This document shows positions 55,727 to 64,000 of a stretch of DNA of 64,000 bases, one piece after another; the first letter of the stretch is position 1, and every line of letters begins with the position of its first letter. Both the position numbers and the translations under genes were made by a program. The stretch comes from Candidatus Moranbacteria bacterium RIFOXYB1_FULL_43_19 (GTDB lineage: Bacteria; Patescibacteriota; Minisyncoccia; Moranbacterales; UBA11712), in contig MFSH01000008.1 of the NCBI GenBank assembly GCA_001784875.1, positions 1,555 through 65,554 of the forward strand, read 5' to 3'. The notes beneath the pieces are model-generated. The model saw only the letters and a list, made by a program, of their open reading frames with translations. It was not told where the DNA came from and searched no databases.

Positions 55727-56476
55727 TTATAAATTCTTTATCCCAATCACCGCTATCATTGCTTCGACTTCTTTGGGTTTATCCCTTCTTGCCGAGAAAT
55801 ATTTTCCAAGTAGCTCAAAAGTGCATTCGGAGCTGATTTCTATATTTTTGCTATATATACCCAAAGATAGAAGCTGCAATTCGGCGACTTTTTTTATGTC
55901 CAAAAAAATTTTATTGCCTTTTCTTTTTATCGCCTCCGGATATTTTGCGAATTTTTTCGCCACTTCCAGACCGATTTCATAGTGTTTTTGGCAAATCGCC
56001 GGGCCGATGCCAACTAAAATATTTTGTGACTTACCTCCCGATTCTTTTATTTTCCCGACTGCGTTTTCTAAAACATTTCTTTCTAAGCTTCGCCAGCCGG
56101 CATGAACCATCCCGACTATCTCTTTTTTCGGATCAAACAAGAAAATCGGCAGACAATCGGCGGCTGTAACTGATAAAAAAATGTTTTTTTGATCGGTGAC
56201 TAAGCCGTCTGTACCTGTGAATCTTTCTCCTTTATTTTTTGCGGATACATATTCAACTCGATTTCCGTGGCATAATTCTCCGCTGGAAACATCTTTGGGA
56301 AAGATGCCAAAAATATTCAAAAATTTCTTCCTGTTCCTCAGATTTTTTTTCATCAAAACAGAATTATTATTCTGGAATTTCATTGACCCGTCTGTTTTTT
56401 GCGAGAACAAAACCAGAAGGCCTCGATATCTTTTGAATAAAGCAAAATTACATTGCATCTTTTCCCTGGAGTTCAT
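55727..56476 (-). CDS. pgeF: Peptidoglycan editing factor PgeF (YfiH/laccase-domain)
   Basis: DGLVT, TAADCLPI, HAGWR, GIGPAIC, CT, FSARR. Confidence 0.9.
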   Translation of the reverse strand: MNSREKMQCNFALFKRYRGLLVLFSQKTDGSMKFQNNNSVLMKKNLRNRKKFLNIFGIFPKDVSSGELCHGNRVEYVSAKNKGERFTGTDGLVTDQKNIFLSVTAADCLPIFLFDPKKEIVGMVHAGWRSLERNVLENAVGKIKESGGKSQNILVGIGPAICQKHYEIGLEVAKKFAKYPEAIKRKGNKIFLDIKKVAELQLLSLGIYSKNIEISSECTFELLGKYFSARRDKPKEVEAMIAVIGIKNL

Positions 56477-56602
56477 GCCGGATTATCGTATCGAAATCCT
56501 TGAAATAAAAATTTCCTTTGGAATTTCTTCCTCTGGTTTTTTCATAGAAACAAAACCAACGCTTTAGTTGTTGACAAAGCTCGCGAAAAAAATGTTTTTT
56601 GC

Positions 56603-56821
56603 CTAACCGGCTTTTTCTTCCCCCATCATCGTGAATTTCTTCACCACCATAAAGAGGGCGGACAGACCGACCAAGTCGTAGATAATCCGGGAAAGCGCAG
56701 TCATGTCTCCAAAAATAGCGGCTACAAGGTCAAAATTAAAAAATCCAACCAATCCCCAATTCAAGCCTCCGACGATAAGAAGGATGAAAGCGATCATGCC
56801 CAAGAGCCCTTTTGTCTTCAT
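56603..56821 (-). CDS. DUF378 family small membrane protein
   Basis: LLIVGGLNWGLVGFFNFDLVAAIFG...RIIY.LVGLSA; AAAGGAGGTG RBS. Confidence 0.9.
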   Translation of the reverse strand: MKTKGLLGMIAFILLIVGGLNWGLVGFFNFDLVAAIFGDMTALSRIIYDLVGLSALFMVVKKFTMMGEEKAG

Positions 56822-56969
56822 TTTTGTATCACCTCCTTTCGAAATACTAAAATAATCCGCGAATCTCATGCTAATCAATGAATTGCGAATGTATTTTTAC
56901 GTTTATTTTATACTATCAAATTAAACTGATTTAGGCGAATATGAAAAAACCAGCCACTTTGGCTGATTT

Positions 56970-57065
56970 TTACATTAAATCACGGCAACAACTAGCCGCA
57001 GTGATGGCCGCAATGCGAGCAGTCGCATCCTTCGTCACCTTTGGGCTCGTCTTTTTCTTCATCAT
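56970..57065 (-). CDS. Putative 31-aa peptide MMKKKTSPKVTKDATARIAAITAASCCRDLM
   Basis: Manual translation; GAAAGG upstream; terminator CAGCCA-AAG-TGGCTG plus T tract directly after the stop. Confidence 0.45.
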   Translation of the reverse strand: MMKKKTSPKVTKDATARIAAITAASCCRDLM

Positions 57066-57108
57066 GCGGCTTTCCGCAATTTGATACCTTTCTCATTGTA
57101 TGAAAAAA

Positions 57109-57717
57109 TTATTGATTATTTTCTAACAATTTTTTTGGGATCTTCCCGGATCCCTCTCTCATTATACTCACGCGGCCGCTTTTTATTTCAACCAGAGAGG
57201 AAGGGAGCGATTTCATTTTACCACCGCCCGTGTAAAAATCAACTTTGTTGCCAAAGTATTTTTTTGCTTCGGCAATTGTTTCAGCCGATTTAATGCTTTC
57301 CGGGTTGGCGCTCGAAGAGATAAGCGGACCGGTTTTTTTGATTAAATTTATCAGGCTTTTCTTTTTCGGAACTCTAAAAGCTAATGTTTTTGTCCCACGG
57401 TGGAGATACTCAAATTTCTTGGTCTTAATCGGCAAAATAACACTCACTTTTCCAGGCCAGATTTTTTTGAGAATATTTTTTGCAGTGCTATCTATTTTTA
57501 TACTAAACAAAGTCAAATCCCTTGTTGAAGAAATAAGGATGATAAAAGGCTTCTTCGGATTGCGCTTCATGATTTTGTATGCCCGTTCGACCGTTTTTTT
57601 TGACCATGCCGAAGCCGCAACGCCATAGATGGTGTCAGTTGGGATCACACCGATTCTATTTCGCTTAAACAAACTGATAGTTTTTGATGCTGATGGGTCG
57701 GAAGAGTTTTTTTTCAT
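57109..57717 (-). CDS. tsaC: L-threonylcarbamoyladenylate synthase (TsaC/YrdC)
   Basis: PTDTIYG, KRNPKKP, WPG, AFRVP, SSSANP, PSSLV, REG. Confidence 0.9.
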   Translation of the reverse strand: MKKNSSDPSASKTISLFKRNRIGVIPTDTIYGVAASAWSKKTVERAYKIMKRNPKKPFIILISSTRDLTLFSIKIDSTAKNILKKIWPGKVSVILPIKTKKFEYLHRGTKTLAFRVPKKKSLINLIKKTGPLISSSANPESIKSAETIAEAKKYFGNKVDFYTGGGKMKSLPSSLVEIKSGRVSIMREGSGKIPKKLLENNQ

Positions 57718-58001
57718 AAAGAAAGCTTTTCTCCTTGGGACTTATTCCGGAAAATAAAATAAATAAAGACAACCGACAAGCTTGTGAACAATTTGATTGC
57801 GTTTCCAATAATCAAGGGGATATTTTTTATTGAAATTCCATAAAATAGCCAAAGGGCACCGATAGTCAAAATAGATAAGAAAGTGAACAGTGAAACGTCT
57901 TTAGCACTCTTTCTTTTTATGCTTTTAACAGCTTGAAAGAGAGGATTAAATTCCAAGAGAGTAGAGGCGATAAGAATAAACTCGAGAGGCGTAAGATGCA
58001 T
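57714..58001 (-). CDS. SemiSWEET / PQ-loop-like small transporter
   Basis: PLFQ..K....KSAKDVS, LWLFYG, PLIIGN. Confidence 0.8.
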   Translation of the reverse strand: MHLTPLEFILIASTLLEFNPLFQAVKSIKRKSAKDVSLFTFLSILTIGALWLFYGISIKNIPLIIGNAIKLFTSLSVVFIYFIFRNKSQGEKLSL

Positions 58002-58152
58002 AATATATTATCTAAATGATTACGATAAAATTCTAGCATTTTGTTTTTTTTGACACAAATTTTAAAAAACACTATAGTTATAAAAAGGAACAAGTTCTCT
58101 TTTTGGGGACTTTATTTTTTACCCCGTTAAATAATACTTAAGCTAATATTTT

Positions 58153-59616
58153 ATGCCAGCAAAAGACGATATTAAAAAAGGCCTTACTTTCGATGATGTT
58201 CTTCTCGTCCCGCAAAAATCGGGGGTTTCGGCGAGGAACACGGATGTGAGCACCTATATAACCAAAGATATCAAGCTGAATATTCCCATTCTCTCCGCGG
58301 CGATGGATACGGTGACTGAATCGCGGCTCGCCATTGCTCTCGCGCAGGAAGGAGGAATTGGAATTATTCACCGCAACCTATCTCCCAAGCAGCAGGCGGC
58401 CGAGGTGGAAAAAGTGAAAAAATCGGAAAGCGGAATGATTGTTGATCCGGTGACGGTGCGGCCGAGCGCGACTATCGGGGAGGTAAAAAAGCTGATGGAA
58501 CACTACCGTATTTCCGGAATTCCGGTGACGGACAAAAAAAACAAGCTGATCGGAATCATCACCAATCGCGATATGCGGTTTGAAACCGATATGAAAAGGC
58601 TGGTGAGAAACGTGATGACGAAAAACAAGCTAGTGACGGCGGCGGAAAAGACAACTCTTGAGCAGGCCAAAAAGCTGCTCCATAAATATAAAATCGAAAA
58701 ACTTCCCATTGTTGACAAACAGTATATTCTCAAAGGGCTGATTACTATCAAAGACATTGAAAAAAAGAGAAAATATCCGAGCGCCGCTAAGGATAGCCTT
58801 GGTAGGTTGCGAGTCGGGGGAGCCATCGGAACAAGCGCTGATATTTTGGAACGGGTGGAACTTCTTGTGAAAGCGGGCGCGGATTTGGTTTCCATCGACC
58901 GGGCGCATGGGCATTCGGAAGCGGTGCTCCGAACTTTGCGCGAAGTCAAGAAAAATTTTGACATTCCGGTGACGGCGGGAAATATTGTGACGGCCGAAGG
59001 AGCGGAGGATCTCATCAAAGCCGGCGCGGACGCTCTAAAAGTCGGAGTCGGTCCTGGATCAATTTGCACGACTCGGATAGTTTCCGGAGCAGGCATGCCC
59101 CAGCTTACAGCTGTTTTCGATGTTGTGAAAATAGCAGCGAAACACAAAATTCCGGTGATTGCCGACGGAGGTATCAAATTTTCGGGCGATATCGCTAAAG
59201 CTCTCGCAGCCGGGGCGAATGCGGTCATGATCGGCAGTCTTTTCGCCGGAACGGATGAAGCGCCGGGCGAAACTATTTTATTCCAGGGGAGAAACTATAA
59301 GCTCTATCGTGGAATGGGGTCGCTCGGAGCGATGCTTGACGGGTCGGCCGACCGGTACGGACAGGGGAAAGTCGAAGCCTCGAAATTGATACCAGAGGGG
59401 ATTGAAGGGCGCGTTCCTGCCAAAGGGCCGCTCGCGAACAGTCTTCATCAGCTGGTCGGGGGCATTCGTTCGGGAATGGGATACTGCGGCGCAGAAAATA
59501 TCAAAGAACTTCGGGAGAAAGCGAAATTTGTGGAAATTTCCAATGCGGGGCTCAAAGAAAGTCATGTCCATGACGTGACTATCACCAAAGAATCGCCGAA
59601 TTATCAAGTGAGTTAA
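58153..59616 (+). CDS. guaB: IMP dehydrogenase with CBS domains
   Basis: LTFDDVLL, SAAMDTVTE, GVGPGSICTTR (catalytic Cys), YRGMGS, PEGIEG. Confidence 0.97.
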   Translation: MPAKDDIKKGLTFDDVLLVPQKSGVSARNTDVSTYITKDIKLNIPILSAAMDTVTESRLAIALAQEGGIGIIHRNLSPKQQAAEVEKVKKSESGMIVDPVTVRPSATIGEVKKLMEHYRISGIPVTDKKNKLIGIITNRDMRFETDMKRLVRNVMTKNKLVTAAEKTTLEQAKKLLHKYKIEKLPIVDKQYILKGLITIKDIEKKRKYPSAAKDSLGRLRVGGAIGTSADILERVELLVKAGADLVSIDRAHGHSEAVLRTLREVKKNFDIPVTAGNIVTAEGAEDLIKAGADALKVGVGPGSICTTRIVSGAGMPQLTAVFDVVKIAAKHKIPVIADGGIKFSGDIAKALAAGANAVMIGSLFAGTDEAPGETILFQGRNYKLYRGMGSLGAMLDGSADRYGQGKVEASKLIPEGIEGRVPAKGPLANSLHQLVGGIRSGMGYCGAENIKELREKAKFVEISNAGLKESHVHDVTITKESPNYQVS

Positions 59617-59643
59617 AGTATGGCATATAGAGTATTTTTTATT

Positions 59644-59871
59644 CTATAATCCCGTGATGCTTGTCAGTGTTTTCAGGAAATAAGGGATAACGAAGGCGAG
59701 AGCAATAAGAGGAAGAATGAACAACACGGCCGTGGCAATCGCTGTCCAGAGGATTATCTTATAAGTCCGGTTTGTGATCCTGTTGATTTCATCTATTTTT
59801 TGGCTCATTTCTTCAAGCTCCGCCTTAGGCGGATCAGTCTTGGGCTGGTTTTCCAACAAGTCTTGGTCCAT
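59644..59871 (-). CDS. Small membrane protein
   Basis: 75 aa; coiled N-terminus and one TM helix. Confidence 0.65.
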   Translation of the reverse strand: MDQDLLENQPKTDPPKAELEEMSQKIDEINRITNRTYKIILWTAIATAVLFILPLIALAFVIPYFLKTLTSITGL

Positions 59872-59949
59872 AAATTTTGGTGACTATAAAATGTTGCTCT
59901 GGCAATAGTTTATAGAATTAATAAATTATTTTATTTCTTCAGGAAACAC

Positions 59950-61542
59950 TTATTTAAGCTTGTAAATAACCAAAAGATCCGACTCGTATCTTGATATTTT
60001 GTAAAATGGCTCTTTTTGTTCATATTTGAAAATTTCCTCCATATTTTCAGGTGTATAAGCCCAGCGGGTAATGGACATGAGATAATTCGCGTTTTCAGTG
60101 CAGTCGAAAGAGAGATCAGCCCGGACAGGATAGCAGCCCACCAGATGGCCAGCTATAGGAACGCAAAAACTGGAATCGGGGTCAGCGTATTGGTTCAGCC
60201 AATCCATACCCTGGCGGTAGCTGGGACCCCAATACTCAAAGTCAAAGCGCTTTTCAATTTGCGATCCAAGCATCAGCCTCGCAGTTTCATTATAATACGA
60301 CCCTCCGAAAGGGTAAATCCAGAAAAACTCGACGAGGAGCCAAAGAAAAGCAAGGCCAATCGCAGTGCTCAGCAGCTTGATCCGGCCTTCGTTGGCGAGA
60401 TTAAACTTTTTATCAAGATATTTTAAGAAGATATCAAATCCAATTCCGGCGAGAATCAAGATGGGCGGAATCACGAGCATGAAATGCCGGACACCGTCGT
60501 ATTTTACTGATTTTGGGAAAAGGCCAAAAGCGAGCCGCAAGAATATCCAGAGGGAAATAAGCGAAAAAAAGAATATTTTTTTGCCGGAGAGCATGTTTCT
60601 GGCAGCAGAAATAAAACCCCAAAAAGCAAAAAGCAGGACCAGCGCGGAAGTAGTGGCCAAGACATGAAAAATGGCGTAATGCCAAGGAAGGGCGCTGCCA
60701 GAGTATAGGTCCCCGAAATAAAGAACATGGCCGGGAAAGCTATGGTGAAAAAAATATCCGATGGCTGAAAATAAGAAAGCGGGATTTCTCCAGAGAGCCG
60801 GCCAAGCCAGGTAAAAAAACGACGCAAATATGCCAACAAAGAGAAGGGAATACAAGAAATCTTTTTTTATTCTCGCGACAAACTCTTCTTGTGAAGAGGT
60901 TTTGTGCTCAAAGATTATATAAATGGCGTATGCGGGGAAAAAAATCGGCAGCAGAAACATCACGTCAATTCTTGTAGCGAGACAAAGGCCGAAAATTGCA
61001 CCGGATACAATAACAAACTTGCATTTTCTATCAAAAAAACCACGTAAAAGAAAATAAAGGGTGGTGATAAATCCAGCGATAACTGGAATGTCTTTGGAAT
61101 TATACTGGCTGTGAGCGGATAAAATCGGATGGAGAATCCAAAAGGAAGAGGCGAGGAGAGCGGCACGTTCGTTGAAAAGCAGGGAAGCCAGCTTGAAGAA
61201 GAAGTAGAGGCCGGTCGCGGCTGTGATAATCAGCAACAGGTGGAAGGCAATTACCGGATCCATCCGAAAGACTTCGATCATTGCCGAGCTGAAGCTGTAG
61301 TTCACCATTTCGAAAAAAGGGCCGTAATATTGGAGATCGTTGCCAGCGGGGAAGTCAATGCGGTCGATTTTCCCACGCAAAAGGTCGGAATAAGCCTGGC
61401 CGATAAAATGCTGTGATGGCTCGTCCCAGGTGATGCCAAAATTCCTCATCGCCGAAAAGTTGAAAATGAGATAAATGGCAAGAATCAGCAGAAAAACAAT
61501 TTGATAGCTGTTTAATTTGCGATTTGTTTGTGCAGCTTCCAT
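59950..61542 (-). CDS. GT-C membrane glycosyltransferase (ArnT/PMT-like)
   Basis: GITWDE, YYGP, NSKDIP, LPWHY, YDGVRH, EYWG.SY; multi-TM. Confidence 0.82.
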   Translation of the reverse strand: MEAAQTNRKLNSYQIVFLLILAIYLIFNFSAMRNFGITWDEPSQHFIGQAYSDLLRGKIDRIDFPAGNDLQYYGPFFEMVNYSFSSAMIEVFRMDPVIAFHLLLIITAATGLYFFFKLASLLFNERAALLASSFWILHPILSAHSQYNSKDIPVIAGFITTLYFLLRGFFDRKCKFVIVSGAIFGLCLATRIDVMFLLPIFFPAYAIYIIFEHKTSSQEEFVARIKKDFLYSLLFVGIFASFFYLAWPALWRNPAFLFSAIGYFFHHSFPGHVLYFGDLYSGSALPWHYAIFHVLATTSALVLLFAFWGFISAARNMLSGKKIFFFSLISLWIFLRLAFGLFPKSVKYDGVRHFMLVIPPILILAGIGFDIFLKYLDKKFNLANEGRIKLLSTAIGLAFLWLLVEFFWIYPFGGSYYNETARLMLGSQIEKRFDFEYWGPSYRQGMDWLNQYADPDSSFCVPIAGHLVGCYPVRADLSFDCTENANYLMSITRWAYTPENMEEIFKYEQKEPFYKISRYESDLLVIYKLK

Positions 61543-61649
61543 CAGTTGGCAATTTATTTCCTATATTATAGCATTTTTTTTGAAGGTCTTGACAATTGCT
61601 GTTTTGTGGTATAAATTTATCTATTCCAAAAAAAGGAGGTGAGGAGAAA

Positions 61650-62227
61650 TTGTTTGGACCAGATATCGAAGCCTATAAAAAACTTCTTCAAAGGCGCATG
61701 GAATGGAGGGAACTCACTGAAGAAGGAAAGGCCGCGGAAATGTTGCAGCTTCACCTTCCCTCATTTTGGCAAATTGTTCCGTACCTCGTTGTCGAGGCTC
61801 GCAGGATAGCGCAAACTTGCGCGATGTCTTACAGGAAATTTGTGTGGGATGCGCTCTTTATGCCTTCAATTCAAAACCCCATTACATAGAAGATTTTTAT
61901 AAAATCTTCAGGGGATCAAACATGAAACCGCTGGCGCACGGTCCTAATATGTGTGCCGAAGCTGTTGCGGCGCAGGCGGCCAGGCATGCCGGTTACGAAT
62001 TGATTGTCGGAATTGTAATTGCCGGTGAGCCTCAAGAAGATCATAAGAGCGGTCTCATTACACTGACTCTCGAACCCTGCGGAAATTGCCGGACATTTCT
62101 CTCCGCAATGTTGGAGATGAGAGAAGATACTGAAATCATCACTGTGCATCTCGAAAATGACATACATGAAGTCCACACTTTCGGGCAAATTCTGACTAAA
62201 CATAATCACAATTCTTGCGAAAAGTGA
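61650..62227 (+). pseudogene. Cytidine-deaminase-like gene split by a one-base frameshift at about 61840
   Basis: Frame 1 (TTG 61650, RBS GGAGGTGAGG) ends ...AMSYRKF; frame 2 continues CVGCAL...GSNMK...MCAE...LEPCGNCR (zinc motifs). Confidence 0.75.
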
Positions 62228-62339
62228 TCGCCCGGAGGCAAAATATCGCCCCGGGCTTTTTTATTTTTCGAAATATTTATAAAAAAGAACCCCACCGGCG
62301 AACCGATGGGGGAGAAGAGCCATGAGACTCTTGATATTT

Positions 62340-62501
62340 TCAGTTGACGCGGATTTCGGCAACCTTGCCCTCGCGCCGCTTGGGAACGATTGAAGCGATA
62401 GGTGTTGCCCCGGCCTGCTCATACTCCTCGATGGCGGCCGCAACTGCCTTTTCGAACTTTTCCTTCGCCTTCCTTAGTCTCGCGTAGTTTTTTTCTGCCA
62501 C
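62340..62501 (-). CDS. Small hypothetical protein (53 aa)
   Basis: AAGGAGG RBS before GTG 62501; hairpin/T tract downstream. Confidence 0.6.
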   Translation of the reverse strand: MAEKNYARLRKAKEKFEKAVAAAIEEYEQAGATPIASIVPKRREGKVAEIRVN

Positions 62502-62626
62502 GTTTTTTTCCTCCTTAAATAAAAACTCAACCAAAATGGTTGGCTTTGTATAGTATAAGCTGGAAAATTTTTTGTCAATTATTGCTGGGGCTATGGGACG
62601 AACTTCGAATTTATTTAATATCAAGT

Positions 62627-63154
62627 TTATCCACTCGCTAATAACTTAAGCATTTTATTTGGCCATTCAATATTTCCCCTTTTTACTTCCGACTTGAAAA
62701 AGGCGATCATTAATTTTTTTGGTTTTTCGGAAATTGGCGCGTGAATTATCTCGGGCCAAACTTCGCGGTAGTGTAGACCGATTTTATCATGCTTCATATC
62801 GCAGGCTCCGCCGTTCGGATCCTTTTGGATGTATATAATTTTGCTCACATTATTTGTCACACAGGATCCCAAGCATTGAATACAAGGTTCGAGAGTTGTA
62901 TATAAGGTCGAAGATTTGCCAGCATCAAAAGCTTTGAATAATTTTTTTCCGTTTCTAATAATCAAAGTATTCTCCGCATGCATAACCCGCGATTTATGCC
63001 CAAACATATTGCTTCCGGTTGCATCAACAATTTTGCCGTCAATAGACAAAACGGCTCCGACAGGATAATTGGTACCTTTCTTGAATACTTCAGACGCAAA
63101 ATCGATAGCTTTTTGTAGACACTCTTTATCAAATTTTGATATTTTTGATTTCAT
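62627..63154 (-). CDS. Nucleoside deaminase (TadA-like family)
   Basis: PVGAVL, HAE, LYTTLEPCIQC, DPNGGA. Confidence 0.88.
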   Translation of the reverse strand: MKSKISKFDKECLQKAIDFASEVFKKGTNYPVGAVLSIDGKIVDATGSNMFGHKSRVMHAENTLIIRNGKKLFKAFDAGKSSTLYTTLEPCIQCLGSCVTNNVSKIIYIQKDPNGGACDMKHDKIGLHYREVWPEIIHAPISEKPKKLMIAFFKSEVKRGNIEWPNKMLKLLASG

Positions 63155-63166
63155 AAAATGTTGCAG

Positions 63167-63239
63167 CTGGGGCGGTAGGATTCGAACCTACGCAATGGTG
63201 GCTTCAAAGGCCACTGCCTTACCGCTTGGCTACGCCCCA
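63167..63239 (-). tRNA. tRNA-Gln(TTG)
   Basis: TGGGGCG/CGCCCCA acceptor, GTGGC-CTTTGAA-GCCAC anticodon arm, GTAGG-TTCGAAT-CCTAC T arm. Confidence 0.95.
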
Positions 63240-63243
63240 GTGT

Positions 63244-64000
63244 TTACTCCTTCACAATCTTGCCACCGAAAATGTCGACGGCTTCCTGCAGAAGGCTTTT
63301 TTTCTCTTTGAAATCGGGATATTGGGCGGAAAAATCTTTTTCAGTGACGGCTTTCAACCGCAAATTAACGCCCGTTATCTTATCAATCGCTTTCTCTATT
63401 GTCAACCGGTTCTGGGTGTCGGAAATTTTGTCGTTATAAAAAGAGTATTTCGTTTTGAGAATGAGATATTTTCCGTCAATCAGAGCCGGCTGGGACATTT
63501 TGAGGACTGAGGAAAGGGAATGGTTGTAGCTTTTGAGAGACTCGATAATTTCCGTCCATTGGGAAACAATGAGATTGAAATCCTCGCTTGAATTTCCAGG
63601 ACTTTTATTTTCAGATTTCGCAGCCGTTTCTTTCACCTCTTGCTTTCCTGAAATATCCGTTTTTTTCTTTGCCGAAGGTTCAACCTTCGGAAGCGCGGTT
63701 TGCGCAATTTCTCTTTTAGGGGTCGGATCTCTAAATTCAGCAGGTTTGCTGCGGATTGTTTTGGCGAGGCTTACTTCCAAAAATAATTGGGGAATGGGGC
63801 TGTTGCGAAATTTTTCGATATTTTCCTGAAGAATATTGATCAGATCCAAAATCTCGGCAAGTTCTATGTTATTGATTTGATCATTTATTTGTTCGAGCCT
63901 TTCTTTTGTGAGTTCATATGACAATTTTTTCCCAAGTTCCGGGTTTATTTTGAGAACGAGCATTTGGCGAAGATAATTGAGCAAAGATTTTCCAAAATTT
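63244..64000 (-). CDS. dnaX: DNA polymerase III gamma/tau, C-terminal part (5' end outside the window)
   Basis: YLRQMLV.K, SPIPQLFLE, W..II..LK..NHSLSSVL, ending A.DIFGG. Confidence 0.8.
   Translation of the reverse strand, partial: NFGKSLLNYLRQMLVLKINPELGKKLSYELTKERLEQINDQINNIELAEILDLINILQENIEKFRNSPIPQLFLEVSLAKTIRSKPAEFRDPTPKREIAQTALPKVEPSAKKKTDISGKQEVKETAAKSENKSPGNSSEDFNLIVSQWTEIIESLKSYNHSLSSVLKMSQPALIDGKYLILKTKYSFYNDKISDTQNRLTIEKAIDKITGVNLRLKAVTEKDFSAQYPDFKEKKSLLQEAVDIFGGKIVKE

Noticed and set aside
62627-63239. Integrated island at tRNA-Gln
   Set aside because: No integrase and no duplicated tRNA 3' end found.
1-64000. Alternative genetic code (TGA read as Gly)
   Set aside because: Conserved genes are full length under code 11 and some, such as rodA, end at TGA where expected.

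Overview
A 64-kb chromosomal segment that looks like a Patescibacteria/CPR (Parcubacteria-like) genome using genetic code 11; the taxonomic call is inferred from gene content. Most of it is housekeeping: miaB (partial), thrS, rodA, rplY, murA, two mreB paralogs, mreC/mreD/mrdA, holB, frr, rseP, greA, lysS, serS, ftsQ, uvrB/uvrA/uvrC, pgeF, tsaC, guaB and dnaX (partial). It also has GT4 and GT-C glycosyltransferases, a cluster of large orphan proteins ending in a VirD4/TraD-like ATPase, two deaminases and tRNA genes. The unusual part is small non-coding insertion elements. (1) A hairpin family (CCCCG...CGGGG plus a 4-nt tail such as CAAG/CAGG/CGAG) can be removed in silico to restore the host sequence exactly. 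Two 84-nt copies sit in frame inside proteins. Copies of 38-40 nt interrupt the 5' ends of uvrA, uvrB and a tRNA, and each is followed immediately by a second, diverged, intact 5' end. (2) At 55381-55661 a complete tRNA-Arg(CCG) lies inside such an element in the anticodon loop of another tRNA-Arg(CCG), which is also interrupted in its D-loop. (3) Double-hairpin palindromes and heptamer repeats are translated in frame within conserved enzymes. No transposase, integrase, CRISPR array or rRNA was seen.
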